From assembly GCA_045535455.1 (NCBI GenBank), contig JAZSLQ010000125.1, forward strand, positions 1,894 through 65,893: DNA of 64,000 nucleotides. The letters run 5' to 3'. The translations under genes were made by a program, and so were the position numbers. The notes under the pieces were generated by a model, which saw only the letters and a list, made by a program, of their open reading frames with translations, made no database searches and had not been told where the DNA came from. Of this stretch, positions 1-8,684 are shown one piece after another; position 1 is the first letter of the stretch; each line of letters opens with the position of its first letter. Origin of the DNA: Kiritimatiellia bacterium (GTDB taxonomy: Bacteria > Verrucomicrobiota > Kiritimatiellia > RFP12 > UBA1067).

Positions 1-291
1 CGATCCGGCGATAATCTGGTTCCGATTGAAGTCAAGGCCGGGAACACGAAGGCAAAGTCAATGCGCACGCTGATAGACAGCACGCATTACAAGGATATTG
101 CCTGGGGGATAAAACTTGTGCGCGGAAACATCGGATTTTCCAGCGGGATATTGACAATTCCGCACTGGTGCGCCTTCTTCTTGAAGCGGCTTGTCAAAGA
201 CCGCTGCGGCGCTTTCGCTTGCGTCCGCCGCGTCTGCGGCGACCGTGACCGTTTCGCGGACGGCCTGCCGGCCGGGGGATACGACCGCTGA
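1..291 (+). CDS. C-terminal fragment, 5' truncated by the window edge, of an AAA+ ATP-binding protein (DUF4143-like)
   Basis: Frame 1 is open from nt 1 to TGA at 289-291. The translation ...VPIEVKAGNTKAKSMRTLIDS...ILTIPHW... resembles the conserved 'IEVK' C-terminal block of DUF4143 ATPases. Confidence 0.35.
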   Translation, partial: RSGDNLVPIEVKAGNTKAKSMRTLIDSTHYKDIAWGIKLVRGNIGFSSGILTIPHWCAFFLKRLVKDRCGAFACVRRVCGDRDRFADGLPAGGYDR

Positions 292-317
292 CGGTTTGCA
301 CACTAGAGAAGGAGTTT

Positions 318-515
318 ATGGACCTCCGCGCCATGGGCGCCAACCTCGTTCGCTACCATATGAACGCCGACTGGAAGCAGTTCGCCGGCGAGGCGGATCC
401 CGCCGCCGCGTTAAACAAGCGGCTGCTTTCGTCGGACGCTGAAACAGGCGCGACTTGTTGCGTGTATTGTCCGGGGATCAGTGGAAGATGGGCAGCGACG
501 GAGTTCAAGATATGA
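318..515 (+). CDS. small hypothetical protein (65 aa), possibly a gene remnant
   Basis: A strong Shine-Dalgarno GAAGGAG lies 6 nt upstream of the ATG. No recognisable domain. Confidence 0.25.
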   Translation: MDLRAMGANLVRYHMNADWKQFAGEADPAAALNKRLLSSDAETGATCCVYCPGISGRWAATEFKI

Positions 516-677
516 TGCGCAGGGCGCGAGTTTCAGCTTGTTTCGACCGCCGATTCGGCGGGTGAAGACTGAGCGGCAAGGCGACGGTCGCGTTTGCCGA
601 GTGAAACGACTATGTACGGCGCGGGAGAGTCAGGCGTTTTCAGCCGTAGGCATGGCGGGCGGGGAGTGCTTGCAATG

Positions 678-1109
678 TCACGTCATGGATGGATCGACTA
701 TCTTCAGGTCGGAAAACCATCGGCGCATGAAGCCTCTGTCACGCGTGACGAGTGCATCGGCGCATTCCAGTGCGTGTGCGCCGATGAGGAAGTCCGGGAC
801 GATGGCAAGCCGCAAAGCCTCTTTCTTCCGTGCCGCTTCAAGCCGCGCTTTCTTCCAAATTTCTCCTGCACGGATCGTCGCGGCTTCAGGCATCGGCGAG
901 AAGTCGATGTCGAACGCAGCCATCTGGCGGCGGAATGCCGACTTGTCAGCAAATCCCGCAGATGCCTCCGCCCAGACTACGTCACACGCGATGAGAGAAT
1001 GTCCGTCGGCATACAGACCCGTCACGAAATCTCGCGAGGATGGCCCAAATGCCGGGTCGGCCAGAAAGATGTCGTAGATGATGTTTGTATCTATTGCGTA
1101 GATCATCAA
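678..1109 (-). CDS. vapC: PIN-domain ribonuclease toxin (VapC)
   Basis: 143 aa protein MMIYAIDTNIIYDIF...DFLIGAHA... with PIN acidic residues. Overlaps the upstream antitoxin gene by 4 nt. Confidence 0.8.
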   Translation of the reverse strand: MMIYAIDTNIIYDIFLADPAFGPSSRDFVTGLYADGHSLIACDVVWAEASAGFADKSAFRRQMAAFDIDFSPMPEAATIRAGEIWKKARLEAARKKEALRLAIVPDFLIGAHALECADALVTRDRGFMRRWFSDLKIVDPSMT

Positions 1110-1339
1110 CAGCCCCTCATTTCACGGATCAGTTCGTCCGTGCTTATGCCTCCAAACGCGCCTTTCAGGCATCCGTACGCTTCCTCAAAAGGACTTCGCT
1201 TCTTTTTCTGCGCGGCGACCTTGAGGGTCTTGCCGTCGATTTTGAACGTGAGAACTGTGCCCGGCGTTAAGCCGAGCTTCGTGCGGAACTGCTTGGGTAT
1301 CGTCACCTGTCCGCGTTCGCAAAGTGTGGCTGTCGTCAT
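1106..1339 (-). CDS. vapB: AbrB/MazE/SpoVT-type antitoxin (VapB)
   Basis: MTTATLCERGQVTIPKQFRTKLGLTPGTVL... matches the swapped-hairpin AbrB motif. The internal ATG at 1339 is preferred over the longer ORF reaching 1384. Confidence 0.7.
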   Translation of the reverse strand: MTTATLCERGQVTIPKQFRTKLGLTPGTVLTFKIDGKTLKVAAQKKKRSPFEEAYGCLKGAFGGISTDELIREMRGC

Positions 1340-1522
1340 CTGAAGCTCCCAATGAGGTTGAAAAAGTATGCATAAGTATAACACGGTATGGATTTTCCGT
1401 CAAGTGAGCCGCGTTTTTCACACGAATTGCAAATGACCCCCGCAGCCCGGCTCCGCCGCGCCGCGCGGGCCATTTGCAATTCGTGGTAGGCATAGTATCG
1501 CGGCGGGCATTCCGCCAAAATA

Positions 1523-1531
1523 TGGTATAAT
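1523..1531 (+). promoter_or_regulatory. extended -10 promoter element TGGTATAAT upstream of queA
   Basis: tggtataat sits 20 nt upstream of the ATG at 1551. Confidence 0.5.
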
Positions 1532-1550
1532 ACACGGGAATTCCGGTTCT

Positions 1551-2660
1551 ATGAAGACAAGACAGTTCTGGTATCCGCTCCCTGAGCGGCTAATCGCGCA
1601 GCACCCCGCCGAGAAGCGCGGCACCGAGAAGATGATGGTGCTGCACCGCGCGACGGGCGTCGTCGAGCACAGGCATATTGCCGACATTGTCGAGTACATA
1701 ACGTCGAACGATCTGCTCGTCGTGAACGACACCAAGGTGTTCCCTGCGCGGCTCATCGGCGAGTGGCCCGACACGCACGGCGCAATCGAGCTTCTAATGG
1801 TCAACGCCGCGCCGATGGACGCCGACGACGAGCGGCCGAGCATGACGGCGGGGACCGATTCGCTCCGCTGGAACTGCATTATCGGCTCGGGGCGCAAGTG
1901 CCGCGAGGGACAGGTCGCCTCGTTCGGCCCCGCGGGCGAGCTTAAGGCGACGCTTGTGAAGCCGCTTTCTGGCATCGGTATGTGGCAGGTGGAGTTCTCG
2001 TGCGACCGCCCGCTCATGGACCTTCTCGACGAGTTCGGCCGCACGCCGGTCCCGCCTTACGTGAAGCGCGAAGGCACGGACGAGGAGGAGAAGGAAGACC
2101 GCGAGCGCTACCAGACAATCTACGCGCGCGAGGTCGGTTCGGTCGCCGCGCCGACTGCGGGGCTCCACTTCACGCCCGAGATCTTCGCTGCGCTTGACGC
2201 GAAGGGCGTCCAGCGCGTTGCCGTCACGCTCCATGTAGGTCCTGGCACCTTCCGCCCTGTGAAGGCCGACAACATCGAAGACCACCACATGGACTTCGAG
2301 GCGTTTACCGTGCCGCCCGAGACTGCCGAGGCGATCAACGAGTGCAAGGCGCGCGGCGGGCGTGTCTTCTGCGTCGGCTCCACGACCGTCAGGACGCTCG
2401 AAACCGTCGCCGCCGCAGTAGAGGGCAAGAACGGTCGCATTGTCGAGGCGGGGTCGGGCGCGAGCGATATATTCATCTACCCGCCGTACCGCTTTCGCGT
2501 GTGCGACTGCATGCTTACGAACTTCCATCTTCCGCAGTCTACGCTCCTTATGATGATTTCGGCGCTCGCGGGCCGCGAGCGGGTCCTCTGTTCCTATGCT
2601 CTTGCCGTAAGAAACAACTACATGTTCTTTTCATACGGCGATTGCATGCTCATCGTCTAA
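1551..2660 (+). CDS. queA: S-adenosylmethionine:tRNA ribosyltransferase-isomerase
   Basis: Matches E. coli QueA over its full length, for example YQTIYAREVGSVAAPTAGLHFT, VTLHVGPGTF and MFFSYGDCMLIV. Confidence 0.93.
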   Translation: MKTRQFWYPLPERLIAQHPAEKRGTEKMMVLHRATGVVEHRHIADIVEYITSNDLLVVNDTKVFPARLIGEWPDTHGAIELLMVNAAPMDADDERPSMTAGTDSLRWNCIIGSGRKCREGQVASFGPAGELKATLVKPLSGIGMWQVEFSCDRPLMDLLDEFGRTPVPPYVKREGTDEEEKEDRERYQTIYAREVGSVAAPTAGLHFTPEIFAALDAKGVQRVAVTLHVGPGTFRPVKADNIEDHHMDFEAFTVPPETAEAINECKARGGRVFCVGSTTVRTLETVAAAVEGKNGRIVEAGSGASDIFIYPPYRFRVCDCMLTNFHLPQSTLLMMISALAGRERVLCSYALAVRNNYMFFSYGDCMLIV

Positions 2661-2662
2661 TT

Positions 2663-2671
2663 TGATATAAT
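2663..2671 (+). promoter_or_regulatory. extended -10 promoter TGATATAAT with a near-leaderless start
   Basis: tgatataat ends 10 nt before the ATG at 2682. Confidence 0.45.
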
Positions 2672-2681
2672 ATTACCCAAT

Positions 2682-3392
2682 ATGCCGCTATTCGTGCCTA
2701 AAGACCGCAAATCGCTCTTCCGCCAGTTCCTGGCAGGAATGTACGATGCTGTCGTCATAACCGACCCGAATGGCCACATCATCGAGGTCAATCCCAGAGC
2801 CGAGGAACACTTTGGCTACACCCAGGACGAGGTGATCGACAGGCCGATTTCCTTCTACATCCCCGGGCTCGCGCCCGAGATAGTCCAGCGCATACGCCGC
2901 GGGCTCGAAGGCGACCGCCACATGATGATCGACGCGAACGGCCTCAACAAGGATGGCTCGAAGTTCTCCTGCGAGGTGACTGTCTCGATAATCGACTTGA
3001 TGGACCCGGGCGATCTCGTCTTCACCGTTCGCAACACCGAGCGCCGCCGCCGCATCAACACCATGCTTCGCGCGAAGGCCAACGCCTTCCAGGTCGCGCA
3101 GTGCGCGCTTTTCGCGTGCGACGCCGACGGCAACATCCGCGAGTGCAACACGGCGTTCTGCGAAATGTTCGACCTCAAGGATGAAGACGACGCGCGCACG
3201 CACACCTTCGCGGAATTCATGTCCGACGACCCGCTTCCCGAGAACTTCAAGAAGGCGCTCGCGGGAGAGACGACCGTAACCGGCATCGTCGCCGAGGGCG
3301 ACGACGACCAGGAGGAGGTCGAGGTCGTCCTTGCGCCCAACATGCTCGGCCACAAGTGCCAAGGCGTGGTTGGCAGCATCATCAAGGTCTGA
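2682..3392 (+). CDS. PAS-domain (S-box) sensor protein with two PAS folds and no output domain
   Basis: The segment FLAGMYDAVVITDPNGHIIEVNPRAEEHFGYTQDEVIDRP is a typical PAS signature. A second PAS-like block follows. Confidence 0.65.
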   Translation: MPLFVPKDRKSLFRQFLAGMYDAVVITDPNGHIIEVNPRAEEHFGYTQDEVIDRPISFYIPGLAPEIVQRIRRGLEGDRHMMIDANGLNKDGSKFSCEVTVSIIDLMDPGDLVFTVRNTERRRRINTMLRAKANAFQVAQCALFACDADGNIRECNTAFCEMFDLKDEDDARTHTFAEFMSDDPLPENFKKALAGETTVTGIVAEGDDDQEEVEVVLAPNMLGHKCQGVVGSIIKV

Positions 3393-3396
3393 CGCG

Positions 3397-4314
3397 ATGC
3401 GCCGCCCCTATCAGCATTCTGCGGGCATCGTATCCCTCTCCGTCAACAAGCCGGATCCAAAGATACTGCAGGATTTTCTCGTCCTCAAGTTTGCGCTTTC
3501 CCGTCGCGCGGCCAAGGCGGCGATAGATGGGCGCAGCGTGTGGGTCAACCGCAAGTGCGTGTGGATTGCGCGGTATGCGCTCAAGACAGGCGACCTTGTC
3601 GAGGTTCCGTCGGTTGTCGTGAAGGGCGCCCAGCGGCAGTCGGCCCAGAGCTCGCGCGAAAACGCGACGCCCGGCGCTCTCCCCGCAAAGCGCCATGTCA
3701 GGGTGCTTTGGCAGGACGACAACTATCTCGTGTGCGACAAGCCCGCCGGGCTCGTTTCTTGCGACGACCCAAAGAGCGTCGAGGCGATCCTGCGCGAGCA
3801 GGAGAAGGTCCCGACCCTCGAGGCGGTCCACCGTCTCGACCGCGACACGACCGGGTGCCTCATGTTCGCGAAGAACCACGCCGCGCTCGAGGCGGCGATA
3901 GAGGAATTCAAGACGCATGTCGTAACGAAGGTCTACCACGCCGTAGTCGTTGGCGAGTTCAAGTTCGCGCACCGGCTCGTCGACACTCCGCTTGACGGGC
4001 AGCCGGCGGTCTCTCGCGTGACGAGGGAGGCGAAGTCGGCAGACGCGAGCTTCCTGAGGGTTCGCATAGACACCGGCCGCACGAACCAGATTCGCCGCCA
4101 CCTCGCGTCGCTGCGCTTCCCGATAGTTGGCGACAGGGTGTTTGGGCTCAAGAACGCACGCGACCCACGGCTCATGCGCGTTCCGCGGCAGATGCTCCAC
4201 GCATCCACGCTTACGCTGCCGCATCCGCTGACGCGCAGCGCCGAGATTTCCGTACACTCGCCGCTTCCGGCCGACTTCAGGGCGGCGTTGAAGCTTTTTG
4301 GAATGGGGAAGTAG
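3397..4314 (+). CDS. RluA-family 23S rRNA pseudouridine synthase with an N-terminal S4 domain (RluD/RluC-like)
   Basis: An S4 motif (LQDFLVLKFALSRRAAKAAIDGRSVWVN) and the catalytic HRLDRDTTGCLMFAKN motif are present. Start set at the internal ATG after the upstream stop. Confidence 0.85.
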   Translation: MRRPYQHSAGIVSLSVNKPDPKILQDFLVLKFALSRRAAKAAIDGRSVWVNRKCVWIARYALKTGDLVEVPSVVVKGAQRQSAQSSRENATPGALPAKRHVRVLWQDDNYLVCDKPAGLVSCDDPKSVEAILREQEKVPTLEAVHRLDRDTTGCLMFAKNHAALEAAIEEFKTHVVTKVYHAVVVGEFKFAHRLVDTPLDGQPAVSRVTREAKSADASFLRVRIDTGRTNQIRRHLASLRFPIVGDRVFGLKNARDPRLMRVPRQMLHASTLTLPHPLTRSAEISVHSPLPADFRAALKLFGMGK

Positions 4315-4316
4315 CA

Positions 4317-4865
4317 ATGTCACAGGAATGGAACATCAAGTCACGCGGCCATGTATGCAGTCTATGCCAGAAGCCGCTCGTCGACCGCGCGCCGGTTGTG
4401 AGCGCGCTTAAAGAAACCCCCGAGGGGTATGAGCGTTTCGACTGTCACCCGGAGTGCTGGAAGACCGCCGAGCGCGACTGGGAGCCGTTTTCGCAGTGGG
4501 ACGGCGTCTATCTCGCGCCTGTGAAGGAAGAGAAGAAGGAGCCGCTTAAGAAGGAGGACGCGGGCGAACTTTTGCGCCAGCTCGTCACGCTCGACGACCC
4601 CGCGATGAAGAACGTCGTCTATGTCCTCGCCGTGATGCTCGAGCGCTCGAAGATACTCGTCGAGCGCGATGCGAAGGAGCTTGAGGACGGGAAGATACGC
4701 CGCGTTTACGAAGACCGCAAGCAGGGCGACACTTTCGTCATTCTCGATCCGCGTCTCCGTCTTGAGAACCTTGCAGAGGTGCAGTCCCAGGTCGTCGCGC
4801 TCCTCTCGGGCACGAAGACCCTCGGCGAAGTCGCCAATGAGGAAGACTGCGCCGCCGAGGCGTGA
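4317..4865 (+). CDS. hypothetical protein, N-terminal Cys/His-rich (zinc-ribbon-like)
   Basis: Clean ORF tightly packed after the rluA-like gene. Contains a CxxC...CHPEC arrangement. Confidence 0.5.
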   Translation: MSQEWNIKSRGHVCSLCQKPLVDRAPVVSALKETPEGYERFDCHPECWKTAERDWEPFSQWDGVYLAPVKEEKKEPLKKEDAGELLRQLVTLDDPAMKNVVYVLAVMLERSKILVERDAKELEDGKIRRVYEDRKQGDTFVILDPRLRLENLAEVQSQVVALLSGTKTLGEVANEEDCAAEA

Positions 4866-5022
4866 TATTGGCGCTAGCTCTTGGCGCTGGCGAAAATTTT
4901 TTCGGGGAAAGCGAGCAGACATCAGCGCGAGATCTTAGCCTACTCAACCGGGCTCCAGCCACGACTCAAAAGTGCGCATGTCCGAAACGTGTATTTACAG
5001 GTTTATTGTCCTTCGCAGACAT

Positions 5023-5033
5023 GTAGTATAATG
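5023..5033 (+). promoter_or_regulatory. extended -10 promoter TGTAGTATAAT with a leaderless start for the SIS gene
   Basis: TATAAT spans 5028-5033 and the ATG is at 5039. Confidence 0.45.
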
Positions 5034-5038
5034 AGCAC

Positions 5039-5647
5039 ATGAAAGATGCGCTTGAGGAGCTCTATTCGCGAAACCCATGTCTTGAACAATGCAGGGATGC
5101 CGTCGCTAACGCTTTTAACGTGCTTCTCTTTGCATTTCGCTCGGGTGGCAAGGTGCTTGTGTGCGGCAACGGCGGAAGTGCGGCGGACGCAGAGCATATC
5201 TGCGGCGAACTGCTGAAGAAGTTCAAGAGGCACCGTGCAGTCCCTGCGGAAATATCGTCGAAACTCAGGCCCGAACTCGCAGACAGGCTGGAAGGGGCGC
5301 TGCCGGCGATTTCGCTTGTTTCGATGAGCGGGATTCTCACCGCGTTTGCCAACGACGTTTCGTGGAAGACTGCCTTTGCGCAGCAGGTGCTTGCACTTGC
5401 GAAGCCGGATGACGTGCTGATCACGCTTTCTACGAGCGGCAACAGTGCCAACTGCATTGCCGCTGCGGAGGTGATGAAGGCCGTCGGAGGAAAGACGATA
5501 TCCTTTACGGGTAAGAACGCGTCGTGTCTCTCGGAAATATGCGACATCACCATTCGCGTCCCGGAAACGGAAACCTACAAAGTACAGGAACTGCACCTGC
5601 CAGTATATCATGCGCTATGCGCGGCAATCGAGGAGGAGATGTTTTAA
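5039..5647 (+). CDS. SIS-domain sugar-phosphate isomerase (GmhA phosphoheptose isomerase or DiaA-like)
   Basis: VLVCGNGGSAADAEHICGEL is the GmhA SIS signature. Protein is 202 aa. Confidence 0.8.
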   Translation: MKDALEELYSRNPCLEQCRDAVANAFNVLLFAFRSGGKVLVCGNGGSAADAEHICGELLKKFKRHRAVPAEISSKLRPELADRLEGALPAISLVSMSGILTAFANDVSWKTAFAQQVLALAKPDDVLITLSTSGNSANCIAAAEVMKAVGGKTISFTGKNASCLSEICDITIRVPETETYKVQELHLPVYHALCAAIEEEMF

Positions 5648-5680
5648 AGTGTAAAGTGTAAAATGTAAAGTGTAAAATTG
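5646..5680 (+). repeat. heptanucleotide tandem array, five copies of AAAGTGT/AAAATGT
   Basis: aaagtgt aaagtgt aaaatgt aaagtgt aaaattg begins inside the gmhA-like stop codon and ends 17 nt before the ROK start. Confidence 0.9.
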
Positions 5681-5697
5681 TCGGAGGGAAAAAGGAA

Positions 5698-6786
5698 GTG
5701 AAACTGAAAATAGGTTTGGATATTGGCGGAACGAAGTGCGCCATATCGACCGGGGAGTGCGAAGACGGCGCGATAAAGATACTCTCGCGCGAGGAGTTCC
5801 CTACCGCAGGACTTTCCTGGCAGCAGGTCCTCGACGAGTTCGCAAGGCGAATTGAAAAACTGGCGGACAATGGACATGCGACATGCGACGACCGACATGC
5901 GGTGGCGGCGATCGGAATCAGCTGCGGCGGGCCGCTCGATTCTAAGCGCGGCGTGATCATGTCGCCGCCGAATCTGCCGGGATGGGACGATGTGCCGGTC
6001 GTCAAGTTCTTCGAGGACCGCTTCCATGTGCCGACGGCGGTGCAGAACGACGCCAACGCCTGTGCGCTCGCAGAGTATCTCTATGGTTCCGGGCGCGGCG
6101 CGAAGAGCATGGTTTTCATGACATTCGGCACGGGCCTTGGCGCGGGAATCGTCATAGACGGGAAACTCTACTCCGGAGCGAACGACAACGCGGGCGAGAT
6201 CGGGCACATTCGCCTTGCTCCGACTGGCCCTGTCGGATACAACAAGGAGGGGAGCGCCGAAGGCTTTTGCTCCGGTGCCGGAATAGCGCGTCTCGCCAAG
6301 ATCAGGAAGGGGCTTGATCTTACGACAAAGGAGATATTTGCGCGCGTCCGCGCCGGAGACCCAGACTGCACGGAGGTCTTTCGGGAGTCGGCCGAAAAGC
6401 TTGCGGCGATTCTTGCGTTCACAATCGACATCCTCAATCCCGAGGTGATTGCGCTCGGCGGCGTGTTTATGCGCAACGCCGATCTGTTCATGCCGATAGT
6501 AGACCCGATCCTCAACCGCGAGGCTATGCCGCTTGCGAGGAAGGTCTGCCGGATTGTTCCGGCGGAGCTTGGCGAGACACTTGCGAAAATAGGCAAAGGC
6601 GCGGAGCGGATTCGGCTCGTGGGCTTCGACGATGTTGAGGTCGCGGCAAAGCTCAACATTACGTCGGCCCGCCAGCCGCTCGACGCCATTGCCGAAGTCG
6701 CCATGCAGACCCTCGTCTCTCGCATAAAGAAGCCCGATCTCCCGCCGCGCACGATTCTTCTCGACGCGGAGCTCGTCGTGCGGTAG
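5698..6786 (+). CDS. ROK-family sugar kinase, or repressor-less kinase, with a C-terminal extension
   Basis: GTG start. MKLKIGLDIGGTKCAIS... with the ROK glycine-rich motifs. Preceded by a GGAGGGA Shine-Dalgarno. Confidence 0.8.
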   Translation: MKLKIGLDIGGTKCAISTGECEDGAIKILSREEFPTAGLSWQQVLDEFARRIEKLADNGHATCDDRHAVAAIGISCGGPLDSKRGVIMSPPNLPGWDDVPVVKFFEDRFHVPTAVQNDANACALAEYLYGSGRGAKSMVFMTFGTGLGAGIVIDGKLYSGANDNAGEIGHIRLAPTGPVGYNKEGSAEGFCSGAGIARLAKIRKGLDLTTKEIFARVRAGDPDCTEVFRESAEKLAAILAFTIDILNPEVIALGGVFMRNADLFMPIVDPILNREAMPLARKVCRIVPAELGETLAKIGKGAERIRLVGFDDVEVAAKLNITSARQPLDAIAEVAMQTLVSRIKKPDLPPRTILLDAELVVR

Positions 6787-6829
6787 AGACGGATATGCCT
6801 GCATTTTGTTCACCACTGACACGCCGACA

Positions 6830-6840
6830 TGTGGTACAAT
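6830..6840 (+). promoter_or_regulatory. extended -10 promoter TGTGGTACAAT upstream of hicB
   Basis: Match to the TGnTAnAAT consensus 25 nt upstream of the ATG at 6865. Confidence 0.4.
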
Positions 6841-6864
6841 ATGCGGCGAAAGGACAAATAGTCG

Positions 6865-7068
6865 ATGCGCATATCGTACACGTACTGGCAGGACCCAAAA
6901 GATAAGCTCTGGGTTGGCTTCTGGAATGACTACCCAGACTATGTGACGCAGGGACATGACCTTGCGGAGCTTCAGTATATGCTACGTGACATCCGTGACG
7001 CGATTCGCGACGGCGACTTGCAGGACACGCGCCGTTCCATTGGCGTGATGGACATGGAGTATGCATGA
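6865..7068 (+). CDS. hicB: HicB-family antitoxin, short form (UPF0150)
   Basis: LWVGFWNDYPDYVTQGHDLAELQYMLRDIRDAI is the HicB N-domain pattern. Overlaps hicA by 4 nt. Confidence 0.65.
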   Translation: MRISYTYWQDPKDKLWVGFWNDYPDYVTQGHDLAELQYMLRDIRDAIRDGDLQDTRRSIGVMDMEYA

Positions 7069-7259
7069 AGCGCATAGATCTTCTGCGCAGACTTGAAGAG
7101 GAAGGGTGTGTCCTTGTTCGTTCTCGTGGCGGGCACGACATCTACCGTAATGTCATAACTGGCACTACTCAGCCTGTCCCGCTTCATCGGGAAATAAACG
7201 AAATAACGGCGAAGTCTATTATCAGGCATTTGTCCGCGCCAGAAGAATCGGAACAATAA
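7065..7259 (+). CDS. hicA: HicA toxin (YcfA-like mRNA interferase)
   Basis: MKRIDLLRRLEEEGCVLVRSRGGHDIYRN...PLHREI is the canonical HicA fold sequence. Confidence 0.75.
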   Translation: MKRIDLLRRLEEEGCVLVRSRGGHDIYRNVITGTTQPVPLHREINEITAKSIIRHLSAPEESEQ

Positions 7260-7450
7260 CACTTTTTCATCCTCTCTTTGGGCATAAGCCTATCCCGAGG
7301 GGTAAAGGGGGGCGGACCCTTCTGTATATGCTTAACTGTATATGAGTGGCTGCGTGTCCCGCGGAGCGGCTGTTTCCGTGCGGACGCTGAAACGGGCGCA
7401 TCATTTGGAATCCTTGATCCTTCCGCCCGCCCGTGCCGAAATATGGTAAA

Positions 7451-7461
7451 TGTGGTATAAT
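7451..7461 (+). promoter_or_regulatory. extended -10 promoter TGTGGTATAAT
   Basis: Followed by a GGAGG Shine-Dalgarno at 7472-7476 and the ATG at 7484. Confidence 0.5.
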
Positions 7462-7483
7462 ATGCGGCGTTGGAGGAAATGAC

Positions 7484-7843
7484 ATGGCTACATCGAGCAT
7501 AACGGCGAAGTTTGAGGCAAATGAGGCAAAGGCGATGGATGCACTTGCCTCTGGCATTGCCGCCGTGTTTCGCAGGATTGCTCCAGTTGATGGGAAAGCC
7601 ATTCTTTTCGGCTCACGCGCCCGAGGCAACGCCAGGCACGACAGCGACTGGGATGTTCTTGTGTTGCTTGGCAAAGACCGGATAACCGCATCGGATCAGG
7701 ACGCCGTCGCGTACCCGATTCACGAAATCGGCTGGGAGATTGACGAAATGGTCAACCCTGTAATGTACACGATGCGCGACTGGGAGTCAAAGCGCGGAAC
7801 GCCATTCTACGAAAATGTGATGAGAGATGGGATCGCGCTGTGA
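7484..7843 (+). CDS. minimal nucleotidyltransferase (MNT) antitoxin
   Basis: LFGSRARGNARHDSDWDVLVL is the classic polymerase-beta nucleotidyltransferase motif. Start set at the internal ATG after the Shine-Dalgarno. Confidence 0.8.
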   Translation: MATSSITAKFEANEAKAMDALASGIAAVFRRIAPVDGKAILFGSRARGNARHDSDWDVLVLLGKDRITASDQDAVAYPIHEIGWEIDEMVNPVMYTMRDWESKRGTPFYENVMRDGIAL

Positions 7844-8250
7844 GCATGACGAACGAAGAACGAGACGCGGTGGTGGAGCTGCGCATCGCCAAGGCCTATC
7901 GTGCATACGAAGAGGCAAAAGGCGTTGTGGTGCTGAAGTATTGGGAGACTGTTGCCAATCGGCTCTATTACGCAGCCTACAACGCCGTTACAGCTTTGCT
8001 GCTTGCCAATGGTGATACGGCGCAGACGCATAGCGGAGTGCGCCATATCTTCGGGCTTAAGTTCATCAAAACAGGCGTCTTGCCATCCGAAACAGGACGG
8101 CTCTATCACCGTCTTTTCTCAATGCGTCAGACGGGGGATTATGATGACACATACGATGTTGCCGCAGAAGACGTCCTGCCCAATATCGAACCTACCGGCA
8201 AGTTGCTTGATGTTGTTGTCGCAAAGGCAAGAGAACTGATTGCCGAGTGA
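7840..8250 (+). CDS. HEPN-domain toxin, partner of the MNT protein
   Basis: Overlaps the MNT gene by 4 nt. A helical protein with an R(X)4-6H-like motif region (MRQTGDYDD). The MNT-HEPN gene order is conserved. Confidence 0.7.
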   Translation: MSMTNEERDAVVELRIAKAYRAYEEAKGVVVLKYWETVANRLYYAAYNAVTALLLANGDTAQTHSGVRHIFGLKFIKTGVLPSETGRLYHRLFSMRQTGDYDDTYDVAAEDVLPNIEPTGKLLDVVVAKARELIAE

Positions 8251-8634
8251 GTACGGGGATTGTTGCGCCAATCACGTCGACTACATCCGGCACTTGGGAA
8301 TTGGTAGGAATCATATGGGGACAAGTCCCCGCCGCTGACGTTCTGGGCTGGGTGCGCCGAAAGTCGGACCTTTCGCATAATCCGCATTTTCTGCGATGGT
8401 GTGTGCTCACATAATTTGCATAATGCAATATAGGTGAGCGAAGTCAGGGAGGATGTTGTTTTTACATGTTGTCTTTGTTGTTTCCAATTCAACTTATAGG
8501 CAAGTCCTTGGATTCAACACGAAAGATGGTTGTGTCGTGGTTGGAGCGTGGTTGAGTCGGCCAATGTCTCGCGCTGATTTCTGTGCGCGTTCTCCAAAAT
8601 TCTGTAAAACTTTTTCGGAAAAAGTCGAAATGAT

Positions 8635-8680
8635 GCACCTTTACCTTGCGGCGGGAAAGAACCGCCAGAAAGGAAAGGTG
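8635..8680 (+). promoter_or_regulatory. 5'-leader stem-loop that sequesters the RBS, upstream of the toroid-protein gene
   Basis: CACCTTTACCTT at 8635-8646 can pair with the Shine-Dalgarno region AAAGGAAAGGTG at 8669-8680. An inner hairpin is formed by gcggcgg...ccgcc. Confidence 0.4.
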
Positions 8681-8684
8681 CAAC

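Noticed and set aside
481-1343. + strand ORFs 481-1077 and 594-1343 overlapping vapBC
   Set aside because: Low-complexity Arg/Ser-rich products. The minus-strand PIN and AbrB genes have strong family signatures.
3331-3396. Longer start for the rluA-like gene, overlapping the PAS gene by 60 nt
   Set aside because: The internal ATG at 3397 removes the overlap, and the S4 domain begins shortly after it.
4866-4930. Possible terminator GGCGCTAGCTCTTGGCGCTGGCG followed by AAAATTTTTT after the 4317-4865 gene
   Set aside because: It is a direct repeat of TTGGCGCT rather than an inverted repeat, so only a weak 4-5-bp stem is possible.
5644-6957. 437-aa ORF on the minus strand, antisense to the ROK kinase gene
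   Set aside because: The product is Arg/Pro-rich and low-complexity, typical of a GC-rich antisense frame. The + strand ROK gene has clear motifs and a Shine-Dalgarno.
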